Assembly (NCBI GenBank): GCA_030324005.1
Contig: JARDVH010000097.1
Coordinates: forward strand, 39,746,380 to 39,810,154
Length of the DNA: 63,775 nt
Source: Negaprion brevirostris
Lineage: Eukaryota
Reading direction: 5' to 3'
Made by a program: the position numbers and the translations under genes. This document shows, one piece after another, positions 26,294-40,577 of this stretch. Under the pieces are notes generated by a model. It ran no database searches and was not told where the DNA came from. It was given only the letters and a program-made list of their open reading frames with translations. Each line of letters opens with the position of its first letter. Within the stretch, counting starts at the first letter, position 1.

Positions 26294-27269
26294 ATTTTTT
26301 AAAAAAAAATCAAAAACCTTTATCAGGTCACCACTCAGTGTCCCCTTTCTAAAAATAAGAGCTCCAGATTTTCCAGATAGTTGCTGAGAAAGGTCAGACA
26401 ATACTGATCTGCCCTACCACCACCAGCACATGGGACATGATTCATTGCTTTTGATGGCAGACCTTAATGATCCCTGGTGAGCCTGGATCTTCTTATGGCC
26501 TGTTCNNNNNNNNNNNNNNNNNNNNNNNNNNNNNNNNNNNNNNNNNNNNNNNNNNNNNNNNNNNNNNNNNNNNNNNNNNNNNNNNNNNNNNNNNNNNNNN
26601 NNNNNNNNNNNNNNNNNNNNNNNNNNNNNNNNNNNNNNNNNNNNNNNNNNNNNNNNNNNNNNNNNNNNNNNNNNNNNNNNNNNNNNNNNNNNNNNNNNNN
26701 NNNNNNNNNNNNNNNNNNNNNNNNNNNNNNNNNNNNNNNNNNNNNNNNNNNNNNNNNNNNNNNNNNNNNNNNNNNNNNNNNNNNNNNNNNNNNNNNNNNN
26801 NNNNNNNNNNNNNNNNNNNNNNNNNNNNNNNNNNNNNNNNNNNNNNNNNNNNNNNNNNNNNNNNNNNNNNNNNNNNNNNNNNNNNNNNNNNNNNNNNNNN
26901 NNNNNNNNNNNNNNNNNNNTCTTAAGATTAGCAAAGAGGTCAAACCATAAATCTTTCAAAACTTCAGTGTCAAGAGATGTCTGAGCCAATCATTTCCTTT
27001 ACCCTGGATCTAATCATTTGAAATGTTTGACAGACTGGCACTTCTTGACCATCTCCAGTCAGGCTTAGAGGGATCAAAATAATCCATTCTTCAAAGAATC
27101 AGCTGTATGATTGCAAGAACATGAATTGGCAGAAAGCTGTCAATGTTATTGACATCCTGGAAGTTCTAGAGCAGAACAATCACACTGTTCTGATAAGACT
27201 ACTGCCTGGTCTCCTCTGCCCACTGATCAAATGGGACACACTGATTTGTGACAAGGCATATTTTGATGT

Positions 27270-27660
27270 CAGCCTTAACTTATTGGAAGCTCTTGAATCA
27301 GAAGGTCATGGTTTCAAATCCCATTCCAGAAATTGGTTCATAAAATCAATGCTGACACTCCAGTGCAATGCTGAGGGACTGCAATAATATCAGGGTTGGC
27401 ATCTTTCAATTGAAATATTAGGCCCCTCCTTCCTTCTCAGATGGGCATAAAAGGTTCCATCGCACTACTCAAAGAAGAACAGGGGAGTTCCTTCTGGTAA
27501 TTTGGCCAATATTTATCCTTCAAACAGCATCATTAGTGAAATAAACTATCTGGGCATTATCACAAAACTCTTTATGAGATCTTGCGGTATGTAAAGTGAC
27601 TGCTGTGTTTTCCTACTCATAACAGTGAGTAAGACTTTAAGTGCTTGCAACACATTTTGG
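27270..27660 (+). mobile_element. Deu-SINE (SacSINE1-like), near full length
   Basis: gaatcagaaggtcatggtttcaaatccc...gctgacactccagtgcaatgctgaggg...gaagaacaggggagtt...ggccaatatttatcc. Confidence 0.8.
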
Positions 27661-27751
27661 TAGCCACAAGTTCATTAAAAGCACCATATTAGCATGATTA
27701 CATTTTTTGATGGGTTTCCCCATTGACTACTAAGGTGCACTACATATAGAC

Positions 27752-28063
27752 GACATGATGGCAAAGTGGTTAGCACTGCTGCCTCACAGCTCCAGGGATC
27801 CAAGTTCAATTCCAGCCTCGAGTCGCTGTCTGTGTAGAGATTGCACATTTGCCTTGTGTCTGCGTGGATTTCTTTTGGGTGTTCCTGCTTCCTCCCACAC
27901 TCCAAAGGTTAGGTTGATTGGCCATGATAAAATTGACCTTTATTGTCAGGGGTGCTAGCAGGATAAATAAATGGAGTTAGAGTGATAGGGCCTGAGTGGG
28001 ATTGTGGTCAGTGCAGACCCAATGGGCCGAATGGCCTCCTTTTGCACTTTGGGGATTGTATGA
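27752..28063 (+). mobile_element. HE1-like V-SINE
   Basis: Head, central domain and CR1-type tail. Confidence 0.88.
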
Positions 28064-28284
28064 TAAGGGGAAGATACTTCATTTTATTTTCAGATTTCTC
28101 ACTGGAATTTCTCTAACGTTTAACAGTGTTAAAAGTTGACATTCGTGGGCAATCTAATGTAACTAATAGCCCCATTAAGGTAGATGCCCCTCTCGCATTC
28201 CTGTGGAAGAATCCAGTAAAACTATTGATGTCAAAGGATAATAGAAGGAAAAGACAGAGTTGACAGGTAGGTATATCTGCACTT

Positions 28285-28872
28285 TTTATTCATTCATGGG
28301 ATGTGGACATTACTGGCCAGGTCAGCATTTATTGCCCGTCCTTAATTGTCCTTGAGAAGGTGATGGCGTGCTGTTTTCTTGAACAATTATAGTCCATGTA
28401 CCCATATAGTACGTGCACCCATAGTGCTGACAGGAAGGAAGTTTCAGGATTTTGACTCAGCGACCGTGAAGGATCAGTGACCATGGTTCCAAGACAGGAC
28501 AGTGTATGGCTTGGGGAGAAACTTGCAAGTTCCATGTATCTGCTGCCCTTGTCCTTCTAGGCGGACATGGGTTTGGAACGTGCTATTAAAGGAATTATGG
28601 GGAATTCTTGCAGTGCATCTTGTAGATGGTACACACTGCTGCCATTGTGGTGGAGGGTGTGAGTGTGTGTGAATGGAGTGCCAATCAAGCGGGCTGCTTA
28701 GTTCTGGATGGTGTCAAGCTTCCTGAGTGTTGGAGATATACTCATCCCGGCAAGGAAAGAGTACTCCATCACACTCCTGACTTGTGCCTTTGTAGATGGT
28801 GGACAGGCTTTGGGGAGTTAGGAGGTGAGTTACTTGCTGCAGAATTCGTAGTCTCTGACCTGCTTTTGTAGC
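28285..28872 (-). mobile_element. L2/CR1-group LINE 3' end
   Basis: Minus ATKAGQRLRILQQVTHLLTPQSLSTIYK; tail gggcaataaatgctg. Confidence 0.8.
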
Positions 28873-29923
28873 CAAGTAGTTTTTATGGGATTGCTTCCTT
28901 AAAAGGCCACGCTCCCACACCCACCCCCTCTCAGCTGTTGAATCAGTACTCCTCCATGCTGAACACCAATTAGAAGGAGCACTGAGGGAGAGTTCAGCAT
29001 CAAAACTACAAAGAAGTAAGATATATACGCACATTTTCAATTGGAAAGATTGAACCGTTTTGACCTAGAAATGGAAAACTGAGGCAGTATATGAAAAAGC
29101 TGCGTTACTTCTTTGTTGCTAATGAAATCACAGCAGGGAAAAAATGAAAGGTTGTACTGCTCGCAGTCTGTGGCCCACAAACTTACAGCTTAATGGGTAT
29201 AACATCACCTAACACTTTAGACCAGATGTTCGAATTGGTCGAAAATCATTTTAACTGCCGACCCTCAATCATTCTGTTGAGGTACAAATTTCATTCAGCA
29301 GTCCAAAAGCCAGGGGAGACAGTCTCAATGTTCATGTCCAGATTGAGAAGGTTGGCAGGGCATTGTGAATTCAGCCCAGCTTTAGGAGAAATGTTAAGAG
29401 ATTGTCCAGCCTGTGATATAAACAGCTTCATCAAATAGAAGAAAATTCTATTGGAGACCAAAATCTCTTTAGAAAATGCTATGGAGTCGGCCCAGGTGAC
29501 TGAATGAGCTGAACAGGGTGTAACTGAGTCACAAAACGGTGCAGCAAGGTAAATTGTTTGTGGTGGGAAATAACTGTTGCCTGACTGCAGGTGCAGCAGG
29601 GCCCAAGAAGAGGAATACAGCAATAAGGGTGAAAGCTTGTTTTTGATGTAGGGGAGAGAATTCCTTAAAAGCTTGCTGATGCAGAAATTATGTATATTAC
29701 CAATGTAACAGGAAAGATCATTTATAACACAGTGCAGAGTGAACATACAAAAGAACCCCACAACAGTTAGTTTAACTCGGAGGACCCCGAGTCTTTTACC
29801 CTAAACCAGGCCCAACTAAGTAANNNNNNNNNNNNNNNNNNNNNNNNNNNNNNNNNNNNNNNNNNNNNNNNNNNNNNNNNNNNNNNNNNNNNNNNNNNNN
29901 NNNNNNNNNNNNNNNNNNNNNNN

Positions 29924-30058
29924 TCTTTTCTGCACTCTTTCTAGTCTAATAATATCCTTTCTATAATAGGGTGACCAGAATTGCACACAGTATTCCAGAT
30001 ATGGCCTTACCAATGTCTTGTATAACTTTAACAAAACATCCCAACTCTTGTACCCTCC
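29924..30058 (-). mobile_element. CR1 LINE fragment nested in the Gypsy element
   Basis: [43 protein letters not shown]. Confidence 0.9.
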
Positions 30059-32234
30059 TCCCCATTGACCAGGAGAGCACCACCAACCCCCCACCAAAAA
30101 ATGGTTTCACTTCCTCTTTTGCAGACCACTTATTCCCTTTGAAGATACCACAGCTGTCAATCAGGCTTAGAATATTTGGAAACATTGCAGTTAGCAGCAA
30201 TGGGGGTACTTCAGATTCACTCAAGTGTGAAGAGAAGTGTAAATAAACACAGCTGACTGGAGACTGTGTAGAAAACCAAAGCCTATTTTAAAGCACTGCA
30301 CTAATGAAATTGAAAGCAATCAAAAGTTTCCAATGGAATAGAGAGGGTTTCAAAGGTTTCAGCTTTCTAGGAAGGCTCAGAGACTTCAAATAAAAGTTGT
30401 ATGAGTACACTGGGGCTGATTGAACAGTTGTGGAGAACAGAAATTTCACTCCAATGAAATTGACATATCTCTCGTCAGAGGTCTGCTCACACCTGCAGCT
30501 TCTGATAAAGAAAAAAGGAAATCCCTGCCGCAGAATGGAGTTTGGCTGTGATTTAAGAGCCTGCCTGCAGTCCAAAAGGCTTGGAGATTAAAGTGCCCAG
30601 ACCAGTACAAAGTTTTCACAGCTGACAGGTAGAATGAAGATGTAGATCACAGAACTGCCTGAAATCAGCACACCAGGGGCGATCTTCACACCTGTCAGGG
30701 CTGAAAAGGGCAGGCCAGCCATAAGACCCCATCCTGAGGCAGAGCAGCAATGTCTTCTCCTCACATAGCCACCACCCGTCCCCAAGGTTTCTTGGGGAAC
30801 ATCCCTTTGCAGCCTGGCAGTGGGACAAACAGCTCCTTGAACCCCCTCAGGGTTCAGCTTCACCAGGTCTATGCTACTCATTACCAGAGCTGGCCTCGTA
30901 AGTTCCTGCTAGGGAGATGGGTGAATGGGGGGAGGCTACTCAATGGTCTGTCCAGCCTGTTAATCACATTATAATTAGTTGGTTTGCATAATAGTCAAGT
31001 TGCCACCTACTCTGGATGGGAGCCCAATTAGGGCCAGCAGAGTGGGTTGTGTGAATCCTGATTGCCTTCATGCTCAATGGAAATCCAGATTTTTGGCCAA
31101 TGCCTATTTAGTAGGGCATCAGGATTCCTGCAGGCCATCTAATGGGGTTGGTGAATTGCTCCCCCAAAGCCTCTACAAAACATGTCCCATCACATTGCAT
31201 ATAGGAATGAAAGTAGTTTAAAGGATGTGGNNNNNNNNNNTGCACAAAATATTTGGCTTGAGCTCTCTAATGCCATGGTTCCCAGTGCACATGCAAAATA
31301 AGTACTTTGGATTTTGCTAAGCCGTCAGTTCTAGCCACAATGATTAACTTAATCTGAAGACATAATATGGGTGTTGTAGTCAAACCTCTCTGGCCTGTTT
31401 CACCACATAGTTTTAATAGCTAATCATTTATTTATTTCATTTTTGCTTCCAGTTTCCTCCCTCTTACCCAAAAAATAGTGACTTGTGCTTGAGGTACAGT
31501 TTAATGTACTGCAAAGCTGTTTGTGTCCATGACAATTTGAAGTTCCCTGTGTGAGATTGTGAATAGTATCCTCAAAGCTGAATAGACTTAAATTATGTTG
31601 GAACCTGACATTGTTTTCACTTGATGGCTGAAAACTTATTTTCAAGTTTTGACATGACTGAATTGTAGGCATACATTTCGGAGTGAGAAGTTCTGTTCAA
31701 ACTCCTCTAATGACACAACCACATAATCTAAAATAGTGGTTCACAAATGTTTTTGTTTAATGACCCCTTTTCAAATGGATTACTAATCATACATCCCCAT
31801 CTAAATTATAATATGCAGAATGAAAGTGTTACATCTAAGAATGTAAGTGAGATGGATATGCCTATTTCACTCTGCAGCATCTGCCCATCTTTGACAGGAT
31901 TCCAAAGACAGTATAACATGGAATCTCACTACGAGAGCAGAGGGAAAGCAAAGGCAATTAAGAGGTTGGCAGCACATCTTGATGAAAATGGAACACTGAG
32001 AAAGCAGGAGTGCAGAGAATACATTAGAGGAACGGGGAAGAGTTTGAACACAGGAAATGTCTCTAGTTCCTGGTCACTGCTTTATTCATGACCAGAGATC
32101 TGGGCATTCATCTATTCTGACCACCTTTGGATAAGTCCTGCATCACAGAACCTCTGCAAGATCTGCAGACCTAACCTCATTGCAGTGTTAATGTAAGCCC
32201 TACTTGTGACCAATAAATAAACTTTACTTTAAAA

Positions 32235-32392
32235 AATAAAAGTAAATCATGTAGATGCTGGAATCTGAAACCAAAAGAGAAAATGCTGGAAAATCTCAGC
32301 CAGTCTGGCAGCATCTGTAAGGAGAGAAAAGAGGTGATGTTTCAAGACCAGATGACCCTTTGTCTTGAAGGCTCTTTTCTCTCCCTATAGAG
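32235..32392. mobile_element. Penelope-like element terminal fragment
   Basis: gatgctggaatctgaaacc...atgctggaaaatctcagc..gtctggcagcatctgt..., same family as 52834-53513. Confidence 0.7.
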
Positions 32393-34767
32393 ATAACCTT
32401 GATGGTAAATGGCAGATCTCTTACAATTTCTTTCACCCTTGTTGCTGTACTCCCCTGGCTCCCAGCCACAATCATAGGGGAGCAAAAAGGCCTCCAGCCA
32501 TTGAGATTGAGTGAGTCAGGAGCTGTATTGATTACATTGAAGACATTGAAGACCATAAGATCAGCAACAGTTACCGTGTCCTACAAAATCCACACAGCGC
32601 ACTACCTGTCCTGGTCATTGAAGATCACGTGCTTTGCCTAATGGACCATGAATTGCTCAAATAGATAAAACTAAATTGGTGGTGAATATTAAACATACAG
32701 GATGGAGGTTTTCAGGAGCTGCTGTATACATATTCCAAAGTCTTCGAAAAAGAACTAGGACAAATAGGGGGGTGGTGGAGGGCGGGGGGACAGTGTGAGG
32801 GATGTTTGGGGGTGTGGCTAAAGACAAAATTTATCTGAATCCTGATGCAATGCCAAAATTTTTTCAGGACCGCCCAGTGCCCTATGCATTTCATCTTAAG
32901 GTTGAAATCAAGCTTGAGAGATTAGGAAACTTAGGCATTATGAAGCCTGTACAATTCTCCCAACAGTCCATATCCTCAAGCAGGATTGTACTGTAAAAAC
33001 TTATGGGGATTATAAACTAACAGTCAAATCAAAGAGCTCAGATAACAGATAATCAAGAACCTCTATAGCAAACTCGCCAGTAAAATACACTAAGTTAGAC
33101 CTCAGTCACATCTACCAGCAGCTTGACTTGGATAAAGACTTCCAGAGGTTAGTTACTAACAACACCCAAAAGGGGTTATACTAGGATATGCATTTTCCTT
33201 TCATCGATAAAATAGTCTGCGCCATTTTCCAGTGTTTGATGGAAAGTTTATTACAAGGCACTCCTAACATAATAGTTCATTGCAATGGTGTTCTAAATAC
33301 AGGAGACTCACCTGAGGAACACAGAACAAACTTGGAGGAAGTTTTGAGAATAGTTAAAGAAGCGAGTTTCAGCTTGAAATGGGAGAAATATACTTTCCAG
33401 GCAGATTAAATTACATATTTGAGTTTCAGAATAGACACTAAAGGTTTACATCCTTTGGAAGATAATGTCAAAGTCATTATGGAGGTTCCACAGCCAAAAA
33501 AATGTATCAGAACTAAAATCATTCCGTGGAATGGTGAATTATTATGGTAGATTCTCACAAGATGTGTCTACAACTTTAGCCCCACCACTGGCTGTTAAAG
33601 AAACATCAGCATTGAAGGTGGAGAGAGGAACAAAAAGAATCATTTACAGAAATTAAACAGGTTTTGCAGTTGTCGGAAACTGTGATCTGACCTAGCCATT
33701 GGCCGTTACCTGTGATGCGTCACTATATGGAGTGGGAGCAGTTTTGTCCCACAGAATGTCTGATGGAATTGAAAGACCTTTGCATCAAAAACATAATTGG
33801 ATGTAGAAACAAAATATTCCCAGATAGATAAAGCAAGTTTGGCGGTCATTTATGCATTGATGACGTTTCATCAATAGTATCAGGTCACAAACCATTATTA
33901 GGTTTATTCAGAGAAGATAAGTCAGTGCTATGAATTGCCTTAGCAAGGATACAGAGATGGGTTCTATTGTTAGAAGCATGAAGTGTTACATTCCAACATT
34001 GCTTGGAGCCACAAATATCAAATGTGGATGCCTTTTGCCTCTTTCTGTCGACTGCATCATCACCACCAGTCCCACAAGAGATAATGTTGGCACTGTACCT
34101 GATAGTGACTTTGCCAGTCTCAGCTAAACACATAAAAACTTGGAGTAAAAAAGAGATAGGCTGTAACTTTACCATTCCGTTCGCCACAGGAATCGCAACA
34201 GGCAAGGGCCGGACCCTGGAAATATCCGTTGACCTTGGATGAAATTTTACAGTTTCAGGACAAGTGAAGCTGTAAAATCCTGCCCGCTGTTAAGAAGAGG
34301 GATTTGCAAGGTTGGCAATACAATAAGTCAGAGCTACTTAAACTTGACTAATAAAGAATAGGGATAACTACAGGAATGTTCCACCCTGCCCGCCATAGGA
34401 ATTGTAGCAGGCTGGAGGTGGACCATGGAAAAGTTTGTTGACCTTGGCAGGATTTTCCAGTTTTGGGGTGAGCGCAGCCAGAAATTCCCACCCAACATGT
34501 AAGGAAGGCGTGTAGCTTGGGAGGGCTCATGTTATAGTACCACCCCAAGGGTGACGACTTTTATTATAGGTGTTGCACGACTCACATCCAGGACAAAGAA
34601 GGATAACACCACTTGCCTAAAGTTATGTTTGGTGGATGGGCATCAATAAAGAAATTGAAAGAATGGCCAGCCATTGCCCAAGTCGTGGAGCCCAACATTC
34701 ATTGCTGCAACTGGCGAAGATACATGCTTGAGAGTAGCCAGTTAGGCCAGGGGCAAGGATGCATATC

Positions 34768-35788
34768 GGGGACAATTGTCCCAAAGAAATTCTATGTGTC
34801 AAATTCACATAAAAACTGGAGTAAATCAGCAGGAGTTACAAAATGAATCTCCCACACTCTGCAATGCACAGAGTGTCTCAGCATGAATCATGCTGAAATT
34901 TAGTTGGCTGGGCCTATTCCCCTTGGAGAGGTCAGCAACATAGCGCTGAGTAGGCCACTGTACATGTGCCGATCTGTCAGCACTGACTTCAGCTCATGTG
35001 CAGTGGCTCTGCACTGCTGACCTCCCAATCGCTAACCAGCCCCGTGACCCCACAGCAATGCCCCTCTGCCTCACCCACGGCCTGGTCGCTAGCTCCTCAA
35101 ATATGCCTGAGCCAACCTCGAGCCCTCACACCTCTGGTCCACCTCAATTTCCATCCCCCCCACTGGCAGCCCAACATACCCCCCCACAGCCCCAACATCC
35201 CCCCCCCATAGTCCTGAACCCCCCAGCAGATTGACTGCCCCCCCAACCCCCCCACCCCACAATGGCCAGCCCCTATTGCTGGCCTCCCTCCCTCTGTCAT
35301 TAAGCTCGAGTGCAGAATGGCAGCAGGGCATTCCACCCCCNNNNNNNNNNNNNNNNNNNNNNNNNNNNNNNNNNNNNNNNNNNNNNNNNNNNNNNNNNNN
35401 NNNNNNNNNNNNNNNNNNNNNNNNNNNNNNNNNNNNNNNNNNNNNNNNNNNNNNNNNNNNNNNNNNNNNNNNNNNNNNNNNNNNNNNNNNNNGCTATAGT
35501 AAATCCTGCTGGAGTGAACCAATCTTGGGGGGAGAGAGTTGCTCGCGGGGCCCAGAGATTTCAGTCCCCGGCCTGCTAGTGGGGTTTAAAATTAATTTAA
35601 ACGGTGATTTAAATAATTTATGCAGCTCCTCCCCAATTTCTGGTGCAGAGTTAATGCGCCAGAAATTTGGCTGCCAGAGATACGTGGAAACAATGGTGCC
35701 CAGCGGGGACCCTGCGAAATGGCCTTGTCTTGAGTCTCCCAGCCTGCTACACTACAAAAGCTGGCAGTGGGCTGGGAAAATCACCCCC
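34768..35788 (+). mobile_element. About 1-kb non-autonomous TIR element splitting the Gypsy integrase
   Basis: ggggacaattgtccc ... gggaaaatcacccc; integrase reading resumes on both sides. Confidence 0.7.
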
Positions 35789-36282
35789 ATAGACTTAGGC
35801 TGTTTATAGGCCTTACTTTTCCTATCTTAGTGAATGTCCATTCTGAATGGTTGGATGTTCAATTGATAAAGTCCACAACAGCAACTACCACCATTGACAA
35901 ATATTTGCCATCCTTTGCATCTGAAAGGTCTTAATGTCAGACAATGACACATTATTTAAAGCAGAGGAGTTCCAAAAATTTGGTAAATGAAATGGTATTC
36001 GCCACGTTAGGTCAGCACCTTATCACCAGCCTCCATTGGGGTAGCAGAACAAGCTGCACAAACCTTCAAACCATAGATGAACAATTAAGTTGATTGCCCA
36101 CTACCTCCACATATAGCTAGTTTCTTGTTGTCATATAATACCATGCTAAATGTGACCACAAGAGTCAGGCCAGCCCAGCTATTAATGGGACAGCTGGATA
36201 TGATATTCCCAGATTTGGTGGGGAATGTAGAGGCTAGATAAGCCCCTCAGAAAGAAAATCATGACTTATGAAAAACAGTCAG

Positions 36283-37470
36283 AGTGGACAATTTTCCCAA
36301 AATGGAACTAAATGCCCAATGGGCAGGAAAACAGGAGATTTTCCTACCCGTTTTTTGGGCGAAATAAGTCAGTTGAATTTCCGGCACTCTGTGCTTCACA
36401 GACTCTGCCGGGGAATTCATGCCAGGGGACAGGGGGAGGGGGACGTGACAATGGAGTCTAATCCTGCCTGGAAGGCGAGTATTAGTAGGCTGAGCAGGTC
36501 ACTGTGCACGGACCAATCTCCCAATAGGGAGATAGCCACATGTGAGCCCATCCCCCCATCACCAGCCTCCCGATTGCCGGCCTCCCGACGGCAAGCCTGA
36601 ACCCCCTCCCCCAGATTGACGACTGCACCCTCCTTGGCTAACCTTGATCATCCCTTCCCCATGGCCAGCCTTACCCCCTCCATGGCAGACCTGATCGCCT
36701 CCCCTCCCTCCCTTCTTTACCGATTGCTACAGCAGAGTTTGCTTGGCTTTCCACCACACCGCCCAGCCAGACCTGTATCTGGAAGTCATTTTATTCTGTG
36801 TGAGACCCTTCGAAAACGTTCCAACCGACTTGCAAGCGGTGTAAAGGTGACAAACATATTTTGTGTTCGCTTAACGGCATTTCTGGTTAGCAGAAGTTTG
36901 ACCTAGCTGCCTCTTTTCAGAAAGGTTTTTAGCTTTCATTGGAAAACGTTGGGCTTATCGTTGCAGTTCTGATTAATAAGGTGCAATTCATTAAAATGTA
37001 AGCTGAAACTAAAANNNNNNNNNNNNNNNNNNNNNNNNNNNNNNNNNNNNNNNNNNNNNNNNNNNNNNNNNNNNNNNNNNNNNNNNNNNNNNNNNNNNNN
37101 NNNNNNNNNNNNNNTGCACTTGGCCCCACCCTCTTGGCACTGCATGGTGCTCAGTGGGCAGTGCCAGGGTGCCTGCTGAGCAGTGCCAGGATGTCTTGTG
37201 GGCAGTGTCAGGCTAGCACTACCCAAGTAGCACCCCCTACCCCCAACCTTCTGATGGCTCAATGGCCTCTCACCCCAGCAGCAAGGCCATCATGTCTGGT
37301 CACCCAGTCCCAGCCTCAATAATGACATTCAAATGAAGATTTAAATATTGTAAATACCCAGTCGCGATCGGCTGGACGGCAGTCGTGTATCCTACTTCAG
37401 CCCTCCGGCTTACGGTTCCCAGCCACTGCACTATTCAATCAGCACAGCAGGCTGGAAAAATCATGCCCAG
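36283..37470 (+). mobile_element. About 1.2-kb non-autonomous TIR element splitting the Gypsy integrase C-terminus
   Basis: ggacaattttccc ... ggaaaaatcatgccc; Gypsy sequence resumes at 37470. Confidence 0.65.
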
Positions 37471-40450
37471 AATGTTCCAAGTTGATGATTTCATTCTGGG
37501 TGAAAACTTTGTAGCAGGTCCGACGTGGGTGGCTTGAAAGATTTTGAATAGAATAGAAACGTTCTCCCATGTTGTGGAGAGACCAGGCTGTCATGTTAAA
37601 AAACATGTAGATCATTTGAACTGGGCCTGATACAAGGGTTCAACAGGCAACCCCATGTGGTAGTTTTGTGTTCACCAGGATTGGTTACAGGGATCCCTTT
37701 TGTAAATGTGGAACCAGAGTAACTGAGGAGACAGCAGCTACAGAGAAGGATCTCAATCCTGGATTGATGACACATCACATCAGTCCGACCAGATTCTTCA
37801 TTTCCTGAAGAGTATAACACAAAATTGAGACTCTCCAGCAAAGTCCAGAAGTCCCCAGACCAACTGAACTTGTCATGAGTTTTCCTAGGGTGTTCCTGAT
37901 ATCTGTTGTAATTTGTTTTCCTAAGTTGATGATGCTTGTTTTGAAGCATTTGGGGATTTCCATGAAAGGAAGAGAGAAAAGATGTTCCTTCTTCTCTTAC
38001 ACTTGAATTGTAAAGCACCTAAACTACAATTTAACAAAAGAAGACAAACTAATTATAATTCTTAGTAAATTTCAAAGTCTGAGGGGTTCATCTATTTTTG
38101 GCAAGGGTGGAAGGGCACTTTCCTTTAGATAACTAATTGAGACAGGAGGTCAAAGCTTCACAGAAGTGTGACATGAAAACTGCTATCTGTGGGAAATGTA
38201 ATTTTGCCAACCACAACCAAAATTACCAGCAACCAGAAGAAATTGAATTGCTATTATACCTTATCATATCTCCTGGCAACATTGCAATGCATTTTACTTC
38301 TAGTGAAGTATTTGGAACTCTATAACTACAATGCAGTCTCCATAGTTTGAAGTTGCACTATTTATATTACCTGAAAATTCAATTTTTAGCAATAAATTCC
38401 CACAATGCTGTGTTAATTGGAGTGGTTTAATTTGAATTATTGGATAATTTGCATTATTTTTAGTTAAATATAAAATTGCATTATTGGGTGTAGATTTTAT
38501 TGAATGAACAGTAATTCAGCAGTCAATGTCATGACAACTGGTGCGTTTTTGAGTGCATAACCAGTGACATGCCTTCATTATACATCCTTATCCAAAAGCC
38601 AGAGGTCGGCCCAATATTATGCTTTGGGCCTAATACACACCATATGGATGCGCTGCTGGCATCTGCTGTGTTGCCACAGACAGTTCATCGATTTTAAATA
38701 AATGAATGTTAATCTACTTCACTTGCTGGCAATGGTCCTTCTCTTGCTGGCAGTGGTCCTAAGGCAAGGAATGGGTGAAGCAGTGCGAAACTAGAGAAAG
38801 GGGAAATCATGAGTTCTATGGATTCTGGAAACAATCTGGATCCTTCTGGTGCAATGCAATTTTTCAGAATTTTTTATATATAAAGCAATCGCTTCTTTGT
38901 AAGCGGCTAAAGCCTATGCTATAGCAATCGGTGAGTGATACTGGCGGCTGTTCCTTTCAATACAACTGCTTTTTCAAAGAGGCCTACACTTGACATTTGA
39001 CTCTTCATTTACATGTATAAAGGGTAAATGCTGGTCTGAGGTGAGCACCAGTGATGCTGTAAAAAGTTACCTCAGTATCCATAAATCTGATGCAACAAGG
39101 TTAATCTTCTGCCAGAATCTGCTTTGATAACGTTATCTGGCCAAAGCACCAGAAGAACTACCTACTATTCTTTGAATGGTGCAGTTGTGCCTCAATTCAG
39201 TGTCTCATTCAAAGGCCAAGGTCTCTGATTTTTGATGCAGTAGTAAGGATACTCCACTAGCAAGCAATAAAAGAACTAACTTCACAAAATAAAGATTTAA
39301 TAAAGAAACCTCATAGGCCACACCCTGGACCACAAATGCTCCCCACAATCCCCATTTATTTTCTAGTTATACTGGGTCAGCTGACCACTACATCATTTTG
39401 CCATTGGTTACATTGTCTTCTGGATAAGCCTCACAGTATGTTACTATTGGTTACACTGTAACACTGATAAGGCAACACTCAGGGCACTGAAGCTGAAATC
39501 TCATCTTGAACCTTTGAGTTGGGTTTGAATTTTCTGATTTGGCAGCAATTGAGACAAGTTGACGTTGTGTGAAGCAGCTAGCAAGATGCTTGATGACTGG
39601 AGAGAACCTAGCTGTGATACATGCAAAACAGTGTCCTGACACAGGAGATACAAAACATAACAGTGCACCAGGGACAGTGAAAACAACAAGTCTATAATTC
39701 AGAAAGCTTGGCAGAAGGTTCACAGCCTAATGAAAGTATGAAGGTTATTACAGTGCAATGGGAGCTCATGACAAATGTACAAGGAGAAAGATGTATGCTG
39801 TTATGACACAGATAAATGTTTTCAAGAATACAAAAAGTATAGTACAGTGAAAGTAACACATTTATGAAAGTTACATAATGTGAAAATGAATATACTGCAG
39901 GAAAAGAATTTCCATTGGCCAAATAGCTCATCTCAATTCACTCTGCTTTTATGTTGAAAAGTAAAACAAACAGGTGATGGAAGAACACAGCATTCATTGG
40001 TGCTAGATTCAAATACTTGAAAATGCTGTTACAGTTATTACCATTTATGTCATATTCTGAACATAAAATTATTTTTTTTAAATCTGGACAGAAAGGCTGG
40101 AAATGATAGCCACCCAAGATGACCTGACTTATTTTGTGAATTGCTACTCTTCTTTCTCAAAAGGGAATTACAGTATATTTTTGACTAATACGAATCGATG
40201 GTTTCAGTGAAGGGTAATCATAGGGGTATTGCTTGATTTGAATGGGTCATTTGAAAATAAAGATATTCGCTACCTCAAATCCTCGGAAGTGTTAACTCAA
40301 AACACAATGTGGAATCAACATAAACTCTTTATTTGGAAAAGGCCTTGAACTTGTGAAATGCCACATGGAGACAACCATGTTTCTTTATTTGTTTAGAATA
40401 TCAGCTAAAAGCTGTGCACAGACAGTTCCACCAGAGTCATCAGACACACT

Positions 40451-40577
40451 GGGTGGAATTTTACCAGCATGTCTATCCGAGTTTCATATGATACCGCCCA
40501 GGGCCAATAGAGAATGCTGTTCTCCGAGCCAAGCCTGCCCGCGGAATCGATTCAGGCAGGCTGCTAAAATTCTGGCC
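40451..40577. mobile_element. MITE
   Basis: gggtggaattttaccagc ... gctgctaaaattctggcc. Confidence 0.6.

Larger units (their letters stand above)
29030..37880 (+). mobile_element. Decayed Ty3/Gypsy LTR retrotransposon internal region (gag-PR-RT-RH-IN) with many nested insertions
   Basis: gag RYFFVANEI / LLRYKFHSAVQKPGETVS..RLRRLAGHCEF (29.0-29.5 kb); PR start LMVNGR (32.4 kb); RT PKFFQDRPVPYA, AIFQCLMESLL, ELKSFRGMVNYYGRF; [17 protein letters not shown]; IN LHDSHPG..SYVWW (34.6 kb), SDN...NGIRHVRSAPYH (35.9-36.1 kb), KKHVDHL (37.6 kb). LTRs not identified. Confidence 0.88.

Noticed and set aside
26414-26989. Long ORFs made of X residues (also 35.3 kb and 46.3 kb)
   Set aside because: Artefacts of N gaps
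38884-38936. Strong donor gtgagt suggesting an exon
   Set aside because: Weak acceptor and an in-frame stop in phase 0; no ENL similarity
39233-39455. Possible minus-strand solo LTR (TGT...CA ends)
   Set aside because: No target-site duplication found, so support is insufficient
39451-39723. 90-aa minus ORF and overlapping ORFs
   Set aside because: No family resemblance or convincing splice pair
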